64,000 nucleotides of DNA from the NCBI GenBank assembly GCA_947626065.1, contig CANQQT010000003.1:45618-109617 (forward strand), read 5' to 3'. The notes below the pieces were generated by a model. That model did no database searches. It was not told the DNA's origin and saw nothing but the letters and a program-made list of their open reading frames with translations. Below are positions 44,751 to 53,576 of this stretch, piece by piece. The first letter of the stretch is position 1, and the number at the start of each line of letters is the position of its first letter. Position numbers and translations under genes: made by a program. Origin of the DNA: an uncultured Clostridia bacterium. GTDB lineage: Bacteria; Bacillota; Clostridia; Oscillospirales; CAG-272.

Positions 44751-44829
44751 TGATTTAACCTCTATTTTGACCGTTTTTTGACCGGTTTCCGACGGAATTA
44801 CGCCTGCTGGGGGAAAGAAGGAGAAGACA

Positions 44830-46776
44830 GTGAAAGAGGAGAAGAAGGATCGGACGGAAGAAAAAGAGCGCCGGACGGGCGTGAAAGAAAAGAAAACAAA
44901 AGAGCCGAAAAAGCATCACAGACCGGCGGCGGATTCCTCCTCCGGCGGCGGGGAGGCGCAAAGCAGGCCCGAGAAAACCAACTGGAAGCGAACCTTCCGC
45001 AACAACGGGTATATGATGGGCTTTGTCCTCCGCGCCTGCCCGGGGATTTTTGCCGTTTCTTTGGCGATTACCGTCTGGGGCGCCGTGCAGTCGGTTCTTA
45101 TGAATACCTATTTATACAAGTACGCCCTGGGCGCTCTGCGGGAAGGGCGCGCGCTTCCCGAAATTCTTCTCACCGTCGGGAGCATTCTGGGCGGCACCGT
45201 TTTGCTTTCGGTCGCCCGGCAGGCGGCGAACTGCTACATAGAGGTGAAAACCCCGCTTGTGGAGGCTTACATCCGGGATAAGCTGCAGCAGAAGGCGGTG
45301 GAGGTCGAGCTTTCCTGCTTCGAGGATTCCTCCTTTTACGACAGCTACGTGAAGGCCATCGGGGAGGCGTCGGATCGGGCTTTTTCCGTGATGAACAATC
45401 TTTTAAACGTCGTCTGGGACGCGGTGAATCTCGCCGCAATCGGCGCGATTTTCATCACCGTCGATCCGATTTTTCTTCTCCCGGCCTTCCTTCCCTTTCT
45501 CGTCACGCTCCTTGTCGGCAAGCGCCGGAATCGGATTCTTTATACCTACGACATGAAAAAGCGCGAGGCTGCGAGAAAGCGGGATTACGTCAAAAGAACC
45601 TTTTATCTCAGGGATTTTTCCAAGGAAATGCGCCTTACCGAGCTCTGGCGGGTGATGTTCCGGCGGATGCATGAGAGCATTGAGGAAATGAAGGGAATTG
45701 TGAAGACCTACGGCTATACCCTGATGTGGTTCCGCAATCTCTTCGACTTTCTCTTCGACGTCGTGGTTTACGCGGGGACGGTGTTTTACGCCTCCTTCCG
45801 GACGCTTGTGGCGAAAACGCTTCTTCTTGAGGATTGCTTTGTCGTCATCAATTCGGTTTCGATGCTGGCGGAGGATATCAACAACGTCGGCGGCACGGTT
45901 TTGAAGCTCGACGAAAATTCCCTCTACGTGGAAAATCTCCGCTATTTTTTGGAATACAAGAGCAAAATCCCCGAGGACGAAGGGGCCGACCCCGCGCCCT
46001 CCCCCGAGGTGCTGACCCTTCGCGGGCTCGGCTTTACCTATGAGGGGAAGGAGGAGCCGGTGCTGACGGGGATCAACCTGACGGTTCGCGCCGGGGAAAG
46101 AATTGCCGTGGTCGGGGAGAACGGGGCCGGAAAATCCACCCTCGCCAAGCTTATCCTCCGCCTTTACGACCCGACGGAAGGGGAAATCCTTTTGAACGGT
46201 CGGAACATCAAGGAATACCGCCTCTCCTCCTATCGGGAGCTTTACGGGACGGTTTTTCAGGATTATCAGCTTTTCGCCGTGAGCGTCGCCGAAAACGTCC
46301 TTCTCCGGGGAGATCTTTCGGAGGCCGACCGTGCGGGGGTGACCGAGGCGCTTGAAAAAAGCGGCGTCGGAGGAAAGGTCGCGGCGCTTCCCCATGGGAT
46401 TGACACGACGGTGACGAAGGAATTTGACAGCGAGGGCGCGATTTTTTCCGGCGGGGAGGCGCAGAAGATTTCCCTCGCGAGAATCTTCGCCGGGAAGCAT
46501 CCGCTGGTGATTCTCGACGAGCCGACCTCCGCCCTCGACCCGATTGCGGAGCAGGAAATGTACAGCCGGATGTTCGAGGCCTGCGAGGGGAAGACGGTGA
46601 TTTATATCTCCCACCGCCTCTCAGGGGCCGTCTCCGCCGACCGTGTGTATCTCTTTGAAAAGGGTCGGATTGCCGAGCAGGGAAGCCACAAGGAGCTTCT
46701 TGCCCTCGGGGGCCGGTATGCGGAAATGTGGCACAAGCAGGCCGACGCCTATACGGGAGAGGAGGGGGAGGCATGA
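44830..46776 (+). CDS. ABC exporter, fused permease/ATPase subunit (type I exporter), with K/E-rich N-terminal extension
   Basis: A 6-TM region is followed by Walker A GENGAGKST, signature FSGGEAQK and Walker B LVILDEPTS. The GTG start follows AAGGAG, but the exact start is uncertain. Confidence 0.85.
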   Translation: MKEEKKDRTEEKERRTGVKEKKTKEPKKHHRPAADSSSGGGEAQSRPEKTNWKRTFRNNGYMMGFVLRACPGIFAVSLAITVWGAVQSVLMNTYLYKYALGALREGRALPEILLTVGSILGGTVLLSVARQAANCYIEVKTPLVEAYIRDKLQQKAVEVELSCFEDSSFYDSYVKAIGEASDRAFSVMNNLLNVVWDAVNLAAIGAIFITVDPIFLLPAFLPFLVTLLVGKRRNRILYTYDMKKREAARKRDYVKRTFYLRDFSKEMRLTELWRVMFRRMHESIEEMKGIVKTYGYTLMWFRNLFDFLFDVVVYAGTVFYASFRTLVAKTLLLEDCFVVINSVSMLAEDINNVGGTVLKLDENSLYVENLRYFLEYKSKIPEDEGADPAPSPEVLTLRGLGFTYEGKEEPVLTGINLTVRAGERIAVVGENGAGKSTLAKLILRLYDPTEGEILLNGRNIKEYRLSSYRELYGTVFQDYQLFAVSVAENVLLRGDLSEADRAGVTEALEKSGVGGKVAALPHGIDTTVTKEFDSEGAIFSGGEAQKISLARIFAGKHPLVILDEPTSALDPIAEQEMYSRMFEACEGKTVIYISHRLSGAVSADRVYLFEKGRIAEQGSHKELLALGGRYAEMWHKQADAYTGEEGEA

Positions 46777-48731
46777 ACCGTCAGGATCCGAGGAAAAAAG
46801 TGCGGCACAGCCCCTTCCGTACCGCCAAAAACGTCTGGTTTATGATCCGGTACGTGCTCCGTTACGCGCCGGGGTATCTCCTTGTCACCCTTCTTGAGGC
46901 GCTTGGCAAGGGCGGCTGGCACGTCGCCGGGGTGCTTTTTACCCGCTATCTCTTCGACGCGATCGAGGCGGGGGAGGACTTCCGCCGCGTCGTGACCTTC
47001 CTCCTCTTCTACGCGGGCTACAACGCGGTTTTCCTGCTTTTCAGCAGGTGGCGCCTCTCGGTCTACCTTCCGAAGGTGGAGCTGGTTCTCCACGAGGGAA
47101 TACAGAACGAGCTCTACGAAAAGGCGCGGAAGCTGGATCAAAGCTGTTACGACGACCCGGAATTTTACAACGACTTCATCTGGGCGATCCGGGAATCGGA
47201 CAAGAGAACCGTGCAGATTATGGAGAACATCAGCCTGTTTCTCAACCGGCTTCTCTCCGGCGCCGTCATCTGGAGCCTTCTTGCGTCGATGGATCTCTAC
47301 GCGGCGCTCTTCCTCCTCTGCGCGGTGCTGGCGGGCTTTTTCGTCCGGAACCGTCTGAATCGCGTCCGCTATGAGAAAAAGCTCGAACTGAATCCCATTG
47401 CGAGGAAGAAAAGCTACGTCGGAAGGGTTTTCTACCTCTCCCAATACGCGAAGGAGCTTCGGCAGGGGAAGATTTCCTCCCTTCTGCGGGAAAAATATGC
47501 CGGGGCGGTGGAGGAGGAAATTTCCTGTATCAAGAAATACGTAAAGAAGATTTTCTTCCTCTCCCTCCTCGCCTCTCTTCTCTCGGGAGTCGTCCCCTCG
47601 GCGGGAATGACGGGGTATCTGATTTTCCGCTACATCCTCGATCCCACCCTTTCCCTCGGCCAATTTTCGGCGAGCATTCAGGCCAGCCACAAGCTCTTCC
47701 GGACGCTGAACGATCTCGGCTCCTGCCTGAACAAGTTCAACGAGCACAGTCTGTACATCGAAAACGTCCGGCGCTTCACGGGCTATGAGCCGAAAATCCA
47801 AGGAGAAATACGGGAGGTTCCGCCCTTCGAGTCGCTGGAAATCCGGGATCTCAGCTTCACCTATCCCTTTACGGAGGGAGGGGAGCCGGTGCTTTCCCAT
47901 CTGAATCTTTCGATTCACCGGGGGGAAAAGATCGCCTTCGTCGGCTATAACGGCGCCGGGAAAACGACGCTTGTCACCCTCCTTCTCCGGCTTTACGACG
48001 CTGAAAGCGGGGAGATTCTCTACAACGGCGTCAATATCAAGAATTACTCCCCCGAGGAGTACCGGCGGCATATCGGCGCGGTTTTTCAGGATTATAAGAT
48101 TTTTGCCGCCACGGTGGCGGAAAACGTGTTGGGCGGGGAATACTCCGAGGAGAAGGAGCCGGTGGTGAAGGAGGCGCTGGAGGCCGCGTCCTTTACCGAG
48201 CGGTTAAAGCTCCTGCCCGACGGCATTCAGACCCAGCTCACAAGGGAGTTTCAGAAGAACGGCGCGGCCCTTTCCGGCGGGGAGGCACAGAAGATTGCCA
48301 TCGCCCGCGTCTTCGCCCGGCCCTTTGAGCTGATCGTCATGGACGAGCCCTCCAGCGCCCTTGATCCCATTTCGGAGTATGAGCTGAATCAGTCGATTTT
48401 AAAGAACGCGGCGGGGAAAACGGTGATCTTCATTTCCCACCGCCTCTCCACCACCCGGATGGCCGACCGCATCTATATGTTCGCGCAGGGAAAGCTGGTG
48501 GAGGAGGGCACGCATGGGGAGCTGATGGAAAAGAACGGCAAGTATGCGGAGATGTTCCGCGTTCAGGCCGAAAAATACCGCGCCGGGGAAGAGGCTTCTC
48601 CCAAGGGGACGCCGGATGCGGAGTCTTCGGCGGTATCCCCGGCGGCATTTCCGGCGACGTCACCGTTTGAACAGCAGGCCGCCTCTTGGGAGGGGGCGCC
48701 GGAGGGGCTTCGGGGAGAATATCCGCGCTGA
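46773..48731 (+). CDS. ABC exporter, fused permease/ATPase subunit (heterodimer partner)
   Basis: Its ATG overlaps the upstream stop as ATGA. Walker A is GYNGAGKTT, the signature is LSGGEAQK and Walker B is LIVMDEPSS. Confidence 0.85.
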   Translation: MNRQDPRKKVRHSPFRTAKNVWFMIRYVLRYAPGYLLVTLLEALGKGGWHVAGVLFTRYLFDAIEAGEDFRRVVTFLLFYAGYNAVFLLFSRWRLSVYLPKVELVLHEGIQNELYEKARKLDQSCYDDPEFYNDFIWAIRESDKRTVQIMENISLFLNRLLSGAVIWSLLASMDLYAALFLLCAVLAGFFVRNRLNRVRYEKKLELNPIARKKSYVGRVFYLSQYAKELRQGKISSLLREKYAGAVEEEISCIKKYVKKIFFLSLLASLLSGVVPSAGMTGYLIFRYILDPTLSLGQFSASIQASHKLFRTLNDLGSCLNKFNEHSLYIENVRRFTGYEPKIQGEIREVPPFESLEIRDLSFTYPFTEGGEPVLSHLNLSIHRGEKIAFVGYNGAGKTTLVTLLLRLYDAESGEILYNGVNIKNYSPEEYRRHIGAVFQDYKIFAATVAENVLGGEYSEEKEPVVKEALEAASFTERLKLLPDGIQTQLTREFQKNGAALSGGEAQKIAIARVFARPFELIVMDEPSSALDPISEYELNQSILKNAAGKTVIFISHRLSTTRMADRIYMFAQGKLVEEGTHGELMEKNGKYAEMFRVQAEKYRAGEEASPKGTPDAESSAVSPAAFPATSPFEQQAASWEGAPEGLRGEYPR

Positions 48732-48798
48732 CCTTCTTCGTCCGCGCCGGGCAAGCGCGAAAAAATGGCCGAAAAGGACAAACCGTCCGATTTCTTCA

Positions 48799-48827
48799 TT
48801 GACGGGTGCGGGCCGACGCGTTATACT
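48799..48827 (+). promoter_or_regulatory. Sigma-A type promoter upstream of the first glycosidase gene
   Basis: TTGACG (48799..48804), a 17-nt spacer, then TATACT (48822..48827). Confidence 0.55.
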
Positions 48828-48834
48828 TTAGTAA

Positions 48835-48899
48835 GAAAATCTTTCGATTTTCAAAAATCTTTCGATTTTCAAAAATCTTTCGATTTTCAAAAATTTCGC
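48835..48899 (+). repeat. 18-bp tandem repeat x3 plus a partial fourth unit; each unit is an internal palindrome (GAAAATC-TTTC-GATTTTC)
   Basis: Units lie at 48835..48852, 48853..48870 and 48871..48888, followed by a partial fourth unit. They sit between the promoter and the RBS of 48922..50025. Confidence 0.9.
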
Positions 48900-48921
48900 A
48901 AAAAAGAAAGGAAAAAGAAGC

Positions 48922-50025
48922 ATGGGAGAAAGATGGTCGGAAGCGAGGGCGTGGGAGTGGTACAATGCCCGCCCGTGGCTGAGAGGCTGCAATTTTATCG
49001 GCAGCGACTGTGTGAATTTCATCGAGCAGTGGCAGGATCTCCGCTTTGAGGAGCATATGCAAACCGCCGAGCGGGAGCTTGCGCTGGCCGCCGAAACCGG
49101 CTTCAATACCGTGCGGCTGGTGACGGAATTCATCGTCTGGGACAAGGATCGCGACGGCTTTATGGAGCGGTTCGATCGGTTTTTGACTCTTACGGAGAAG
49201 TACGGCCTTTCCGCCCTCGTCGTGCTGGGTAGCGACTGTATGCCTCCGAAGACGGAGGGCTGGGAGCCTCTTCATCTGGGGGAACAGCGGTGCGACTGGG
49301 GGTATCACGGCGGCGTGAAGCATTCCCCTTTTCTCTCCTTCGACGAGATGGGGTATCACCTCCTCGACGAGCCGGAGATGGCCGAGCGGCACTATCTTTG
49401 GGTGGAGGATCTGATAAAGACCCACCGGGACGACAAAAGAATTCTGATGTGGGATCTCTACAACGAGGCGGGGAATTCCCACCGCGACCCCGTGACCGGG
49501 AAGCATTTGAAGCGCTTTTTCGAGATTGCGCGGAAAATCGATCCCATCCAGCCCCTGACGGCCTGTACCTGGCGGTGCCGTCCCGACCGGAGCGTCGAGA
49601 TTCCTGCGATCGAGCAGTACTGCATCGAGAACTCCGATATCATTTCTTACCATAATTACCACGACTATCAGACCAACGTCCGCATTATCAAGCGCCTCAA
49701 GGAATACGGACGCCCGATCGTCAACACCGAGTGGATGGCAAGAATTCTTCACTGCACGGTGCAGGAGCTTTTCCCGCTCTTCTATCTTGAGAAAATCGGC
49801 TGTTATAACTGGGGCTTTGTGGCCGGGAGAATGCAGACCTACGAGCCGTGGGAATGGATGTGGGGCGCGGTGCAGAAGAATCCGCAAGTCGATTTTGACT
49901 TTACCAAATGGTTCCACGACCTCTACAGGCCGAGCCTGCGGCCCTACGACCCGAAGGAAATTGAGATCATCAAGCGCTTCTCGGCGCTTGCCGACGAGGA
50001 TTTCAAGCGGGAAAAGGGCAACTGA
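48922..50025 (+). CDS. Clan GH-A (GH5-like) glycoside hydrolase, copy 1
   Basis: The protein is a cytoplasmic (beta/alpha)8-type sequence with no signal peptide. It has an acid/base NE motif (WDLYNEAGNS) and a nucleophile region (IVNTEWMAR). The N-terminus is WSEARAWEWYNARPWLRGCNF. Confidence 0.75.
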   Translation: MGERWSEARAWEWYNARPWLRGCNFIGSDCVNFIEQWQDLRFEEHMQTAERELALAAETGFNTVRLVTEFIVWDKDRDGFMERFDRFLTLTEKYGLSALVVLGSDCMPPKTEGWEPLHLGEQRCDWGYHGGVKHSPFLSFDEMGYHLLDEPEMAERHYLWVEDLIKTHRDDKRILMWDLYNEAGNSHRDPVTGKHLKRFFEIARKIDPIQPLTACTWRCRPDRSVEIPAIEQYCIENSDIISYHNYHDYQTNVRIIKRLKEYGRPIVNTEWMARILHCTVQELFPLFYLEKIGCYNWGFVAGRMQTYEPWEWMWGAVQKNPQVDFDFTKWFHDLYRPSLRPYDPKEIEIIKRFSALADEDFKREKGN

Positions 50026-50071
50026 AAATTTTATCGAGGCGGGCGGTTTTCCGCCTCCTGTCGGAAGTCTT

Positions 50072-50102
50072 CTCCCCCGGCCTTGGCCGGGGGAGTTTTT
50101 TT
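50072..50102 (+). terminator. Intrinsic terminator between the two glycosidase paralogs
   Basis: The stem pairs CTCCCCCGG (50072..50080) with CCGGGGGAG (50087..50095) and is followed by a T7 run. Confidence 0.85.
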
Positions 50103-50259
50103 GCGGCGCCGGGCGGCAAAAAACCTATAGAAAAAGGAAAAACTGCAGAAAAAAGAAAAAAACTTTTCCTCAAAAGAAGAAAAATGCCCGCGAGGGCTTG
50201 AAAAAAAGAAGAACTTATGATAAAATGGAGACAACTTTACAGACAAAGGAGAACTTGAA

Positions 50260-51360
50260 ATGAACGGAGTTTGGTCAAAGGAAAAGGCGTGGGAGTGGTA
50301 CAATTCTCACCCGTGGTTGAGAGGTTGTAATTTCATGGGCAGCGACTGCGCCAACCGGATCGATCAATGGCAGGAGCTCGGCTTTGAGGAGCGCCTCAAG
50401 ACCGCTGACGAGGAGCTGGCGCTCGCCGCCGAAACCGGCTTTAACAGCATTCGGATTATTCTTGAATTTATCGTATGGGATCAGGAGCACGACGGCTTCA
50501 TGAAGCGGTTCGACCGCTATCTTGAAACGGCCTGGAAGCACGGCATTTCCGCCATGGTCGTCTTCGGCAACGACTGTATGCCCCCGAAATCGGAATTCTG
50601 GAAGCCTCTTCATCTGGGGCCTCAGACCTACGACTGGGGTTATCACGGCGGGCGGAAGCATTCCCAGCACGGGCAGTTTGCCGGGATGGGTTACCACCTT
50701 CTCGACGAGCCGGAAATCGCTGAGCGCCACTACAAGTGGGTTCGCGAGATTATGGAGACCTACAAGAACGACGAGCGCGTCGTGATGTGGGACATCTACA
50801 ACGAGGCGGGAAACTCCAAACGCGCTCCCGCGACGATGAAGCATCTCCAGAAATTCTTTGAGATTGCGCGTGACGTCAACCCCTCTCAGCCGCTGACGGC
50901 CTGCACCTGGCGCTGCAGTCCCGACCGGAGCGTCGAGATTCCCGAGATCGAGCAGTACTGCATCGAGAACTCCGATATCATTTCTTACCATAATTACCAC
51001 GACTATCAGACCAACATCCGCATCATCAAGCGCCTCAAGGAATACGGTCGCCCGATCGTCAACACCGAGTGGTTAGGAAGAGTCCTTCACAACACGGTAC
51101 AGGAAATGTTCCCGCTCTTCTATCTTGAGAAGATCGGCTGCTACAACTGGGGCTTTGTCGCCGGGAAATACCAGACCTACGAGCCTTGGGAAGGCACCTG
51201 GCAGGCCTATGAAAAGAATCCGAGCCTCGATTACGATTTCACCAAATGGTTCCACGACCTCTACCGTCCGAACCATCGCCCCTACGACCCGAAGGAAATT
51301 GAGATCATCAAGAAGTTCTCGGCCTTGGCGGACGAGGAGTTCAAAGCGAGCAAGAAATAA
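50260..51360 (+). CDS. Clan GH-A (GH5-like) glycoside hydrolase, copy 2 (tandem paralog)
   Basis: It is collinear with copy 1 along its whole length (WSKEKAWEWYNSHPWLRGCNF, WDIYNEAGNS, IVNTEWLGR). Confidence 0.75.
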   Translation: MNGVWSKEKAWEWYNSHPWLRGCNFMGSDCANRIDQWQELGFEERLKTADEELALAAETGFNSIRIILEFIVWDQEHDGFMKRFDRYLETAWKHGISAMVVFGNDCMPPKSEFWKPLHLGPQTYDWGYHGGRKHSQHGQFAGMGYHLLDEPEIAERHYKWVREIMETYKNDERVVMWDIYNEAGNSKRAPATMKHLQKFFEIARDVNPSQPLTACTWRCSPDRSVEIPEIEQYCIENSDIISYHNYHDYQTNIRIIKRLKEYGRPIVNTEWLGRVLHNTVQEMFPLFYLEKIGCYNWGFVAGKYQTYEPWEGTWQAYEKNPSLDYDFTKWFHDLYRPNHRPYDPKEIEIIKKFSALADEEFKASKK

Positions 51361-51388
51361 AGTGTTTTCCCCCGTATAAAAGAAAAGA

Positions 51389-51424
51389 GCGTCCGCGGAG
51401 CAAAATCCGCGGGCGCCGTTTTTT
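51389..51424 (+). terminator. Intrinsic terminator after glycosidase copy 2
   Basis: An 11-bp stem with one G-U pair joins 51389..51399 and 51406..51416. A T6 run follows. Confidence 0.7.
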
Positions 51425-51601
51425 GAAGGGCGGCGCGGGGCCGGAAAATCCGCCGCTTCCGAAAAAAGTTGCCGTTTCCCCGGCTTTTTTGCCGAAAGGG
51501 TAGAAAAAGTCATAATTTCGTGCTATAATAAGGGCGTTTCCGGAAATCGGTCAATGACGAAAATTTGTCACAACAGGGGGAAGGAAAGGGGAGCGGGGAC
51601 G

Positions 51602-52132
51602 ATGTATGAAATCCATCTGAAAATTCATGAGGAAAAGGACTTGTACAGCCCCTTCGACGAAAGCTGTCGGACGCTGAGCGGGGAGGTGTCGGACTATCTT
51701 GCCGGGCAATACGGTAAGAAGGGCATCGGGGAGGAGATCGTTTTAAAGATAAAGTGCGACGGCCCGGTGAATTTTGAGCGGGTGAAGGGCGCTTTTCAGG
51801 AGCTTATCCGGGAGCAGAAGGTTCGCAACGCCAATCAGAAGCGGGCCAACCTTCTGAAACAGCTCTGGCTCTTCTGCATAGGCGTTGTCTTCGTCACGGC
51901 GGCCATTCTGCTTGACGGCGTTCTCAACTCTCTCCCCGTCGAGCTGATTTCCATCGTCGGCTCCTTCGCCGTCTGGGAGGCGGCCAACATCTGGATCGTG
52001 GAAAATCCCCGCACCCGTCTGGCCTCTCGGACGCTGAAAAGGCTGAACGCCACCAGAATCGTCATTCTTTCGCCCGACGGCGAGACTCCGGATGGCGGCG
52101 CGTCGGACGGCGCGTCGCGGGACGGACTCTGA
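51602..52132 (+). CDS. Hypothetical membrane protein
   Basis: MYEIHLKIHEEKDLYSPFDE... is followed by two TM helices and a G/D/S-rich tail. The start was chosen at ATG 51602. Confidence 0.5.
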   Translation: MYEIHLKIHEEKDLYSPFDESCRTLSGEVSDYLAGQYGKKGIGEEIVLKIKCDGPVNFERVKGAFQELIREQKVRNANQKRANLLKQLWLFCIGVVFVTAAILLDGVLNSLPVELISIVGSFAVWEAANIWIVENPRTRLASRTLKRLNATRIVILSPDGETPDGGASDGASRDGL

Positions 52133-52184
52133 GGCCGGGGAAGAGAAGATAAAAAATCCGTTACGGAAAGGAAAGGACAAAATC

Positions 52185-53576
52185 ATGGAAAGCGAACCGT
52201 CGGAAGAAAAACACAGAGTAAAGGCCTATTTCAGAAATCTTTTCGATATGCGGAGCAATATGCTCTCCTACGAAGAGCTCCACGAAATGATGGAGGAGAA
52301 CACCATCATCCACGGCGCGAATATGTGGATTCTGATGCTGGCGATCCTGATTGCTTCGATAGGACTCAACGTCAATTCCACCGCGGTGATCATCGGCGCC
52401 ATGCTGATTTCCCCGCTGATGAGCGGCATTCTCACCATCGGCTATTCCCTTGCCATCCGGGATCTGCAAATGCTCCGCAAGGCGGCGGAGCGCTTCGCCA
52501 CGCAGGTGGTCATCAGTCTGATCACCTCCACGGTCTATTTCACCGTCACCCCGCTCACCGTGGCGACGTCGGAAATGATCGCAAGGACAAGCCCGACGAT
52601 CTGGGACGTGCTCATCGCGCTTTTCGGGGGAATTGCCGGGAGCATCGGAAATACGAGGCAGAAGACGAGCAACGTCATCCCCGGCGTGGCGATTGCGACG
52701 GCGCTGATGCCGCCTCTCTGTACGGTGGGCTACGGGATTGCGACGGGACAGCCGAATTTCATCATCGGCGCCTTCTATCTCTTCGCCATCAACACGCTGT
52801 TCATCGCGCTTTCCGCGCTGATTGTCACCAAGCTGCTCGGCGTGCCGGTTCGGAAGGAGCTTGATGTAAGAAGGCGGAAGAAAATCAACAGAATCATCAC
52901 GGCGCTGATCGTCATCACGGTGCTTCCCAGCCTTTTGGGAGGCGTTTATACCGTTTACCTCTCGGTTCTCGACCGCAACGTTCAGAATTATCTCGACACC
53001 GAGTTCGTCTTCGCCGATACGCAGATGGTGCAGAGCAGTGCCGACAACAGAAACCGCGTGATCTCCGTCTCTCTGGTCGGCGCCCAGCTTTCCGACGAGA
53101 GAATTGCGGAGCTGGAGAAAAAGATGGAGGAGTACGATCTGTCGGGGTATACGCTTCACGTCACGCAGAACAAGGTGATTGAAGGGGCCGACGGCGACCG
53201 GGTGACCATCGCCGTTCAGGAAAACACCATCCGGGAGCTTCAGAAGCAGCTGGAGGAAGAGAAAAAGAAGAACGAGGCCCTGTCGGAGAATATGGCCGGG
53301 CAGATCGACTGCCGAGCGCTTTCCGAAAAGGCGGCGGCGGTTTTCACCAAGCTGTCGGAGCTGAGGTGCGGGCTGATGTACGGAAGCGACGGCCCGACGC
53401 TCCTTCTCACCGGCAAGGAAAACGCGGCGCTTACCGAGGACGAGCGGGAGACGCTTCGCAATTTCCTCACAGTAGAGAGCGGGATCTCCCGCATTGAGCT
53501 TGACGTTGAGCCTTTTCAAGTCCCGGAGCCCCTGCCCGACGGGCCGGAGCAGGAAGGAGAGCTGAGCGATGAATAA
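52185..53576 (+). CDS. DUF389 (TIGR00341-like) integral membrane protein with C-terminal soluble domain
   Basis: Typical DUF389 segments are present (IIGAMLISPLMSGILTIGYSLA, GVAIATALMPPLCTVGYG). ATG 52185 follows AAAGGAAAGGA. Confidence 0.7.
   Translation: MESEPSEEKHRVKAYFRNLFDMRSNMLSYEELHEMMEENTIIHGANMWILMLAILIASIGLNVNSTAVIIGAMLISPLMSGILTIGYSLAIRDLQMLRKAAERFATQVVISLITSTVYFTVTPLTVATSEMIARTSPTIWDVLIALFGGIAGSIGNTRQKTSNVIPGVAIATALMPPLCTVGYGIATGQPNFIIGAFYLFAINTLFIALSALIVTKLLGVPVRKELDVRRRKKINRIITALIVITVLPSLLGGVYTVYLSVLDRNVQNYLDTEFVFADTQMVQSSADNRNRVISVSLVGAQLSDERIAELEKKMEEYDLSGYTLHVTQNKVIEGADGDRVTIAVQENTIRELQKQLEEEKKKNEALSENMAGQIDCRALSEKAAAVFTKLSELRCGLMYGSDGPTLLLTGKENAALTEDERETLRNFLTVESGISRIELDVEPFQVPEPLPDGPEQEGELSDE

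Noticed and set aside
48835-48899. Possible CRISPR array (identical short palindromic repeats)
   Set aside because: The units are directly adjacent with no spacers and are only 18 bp long. No cas genes are present in the window.
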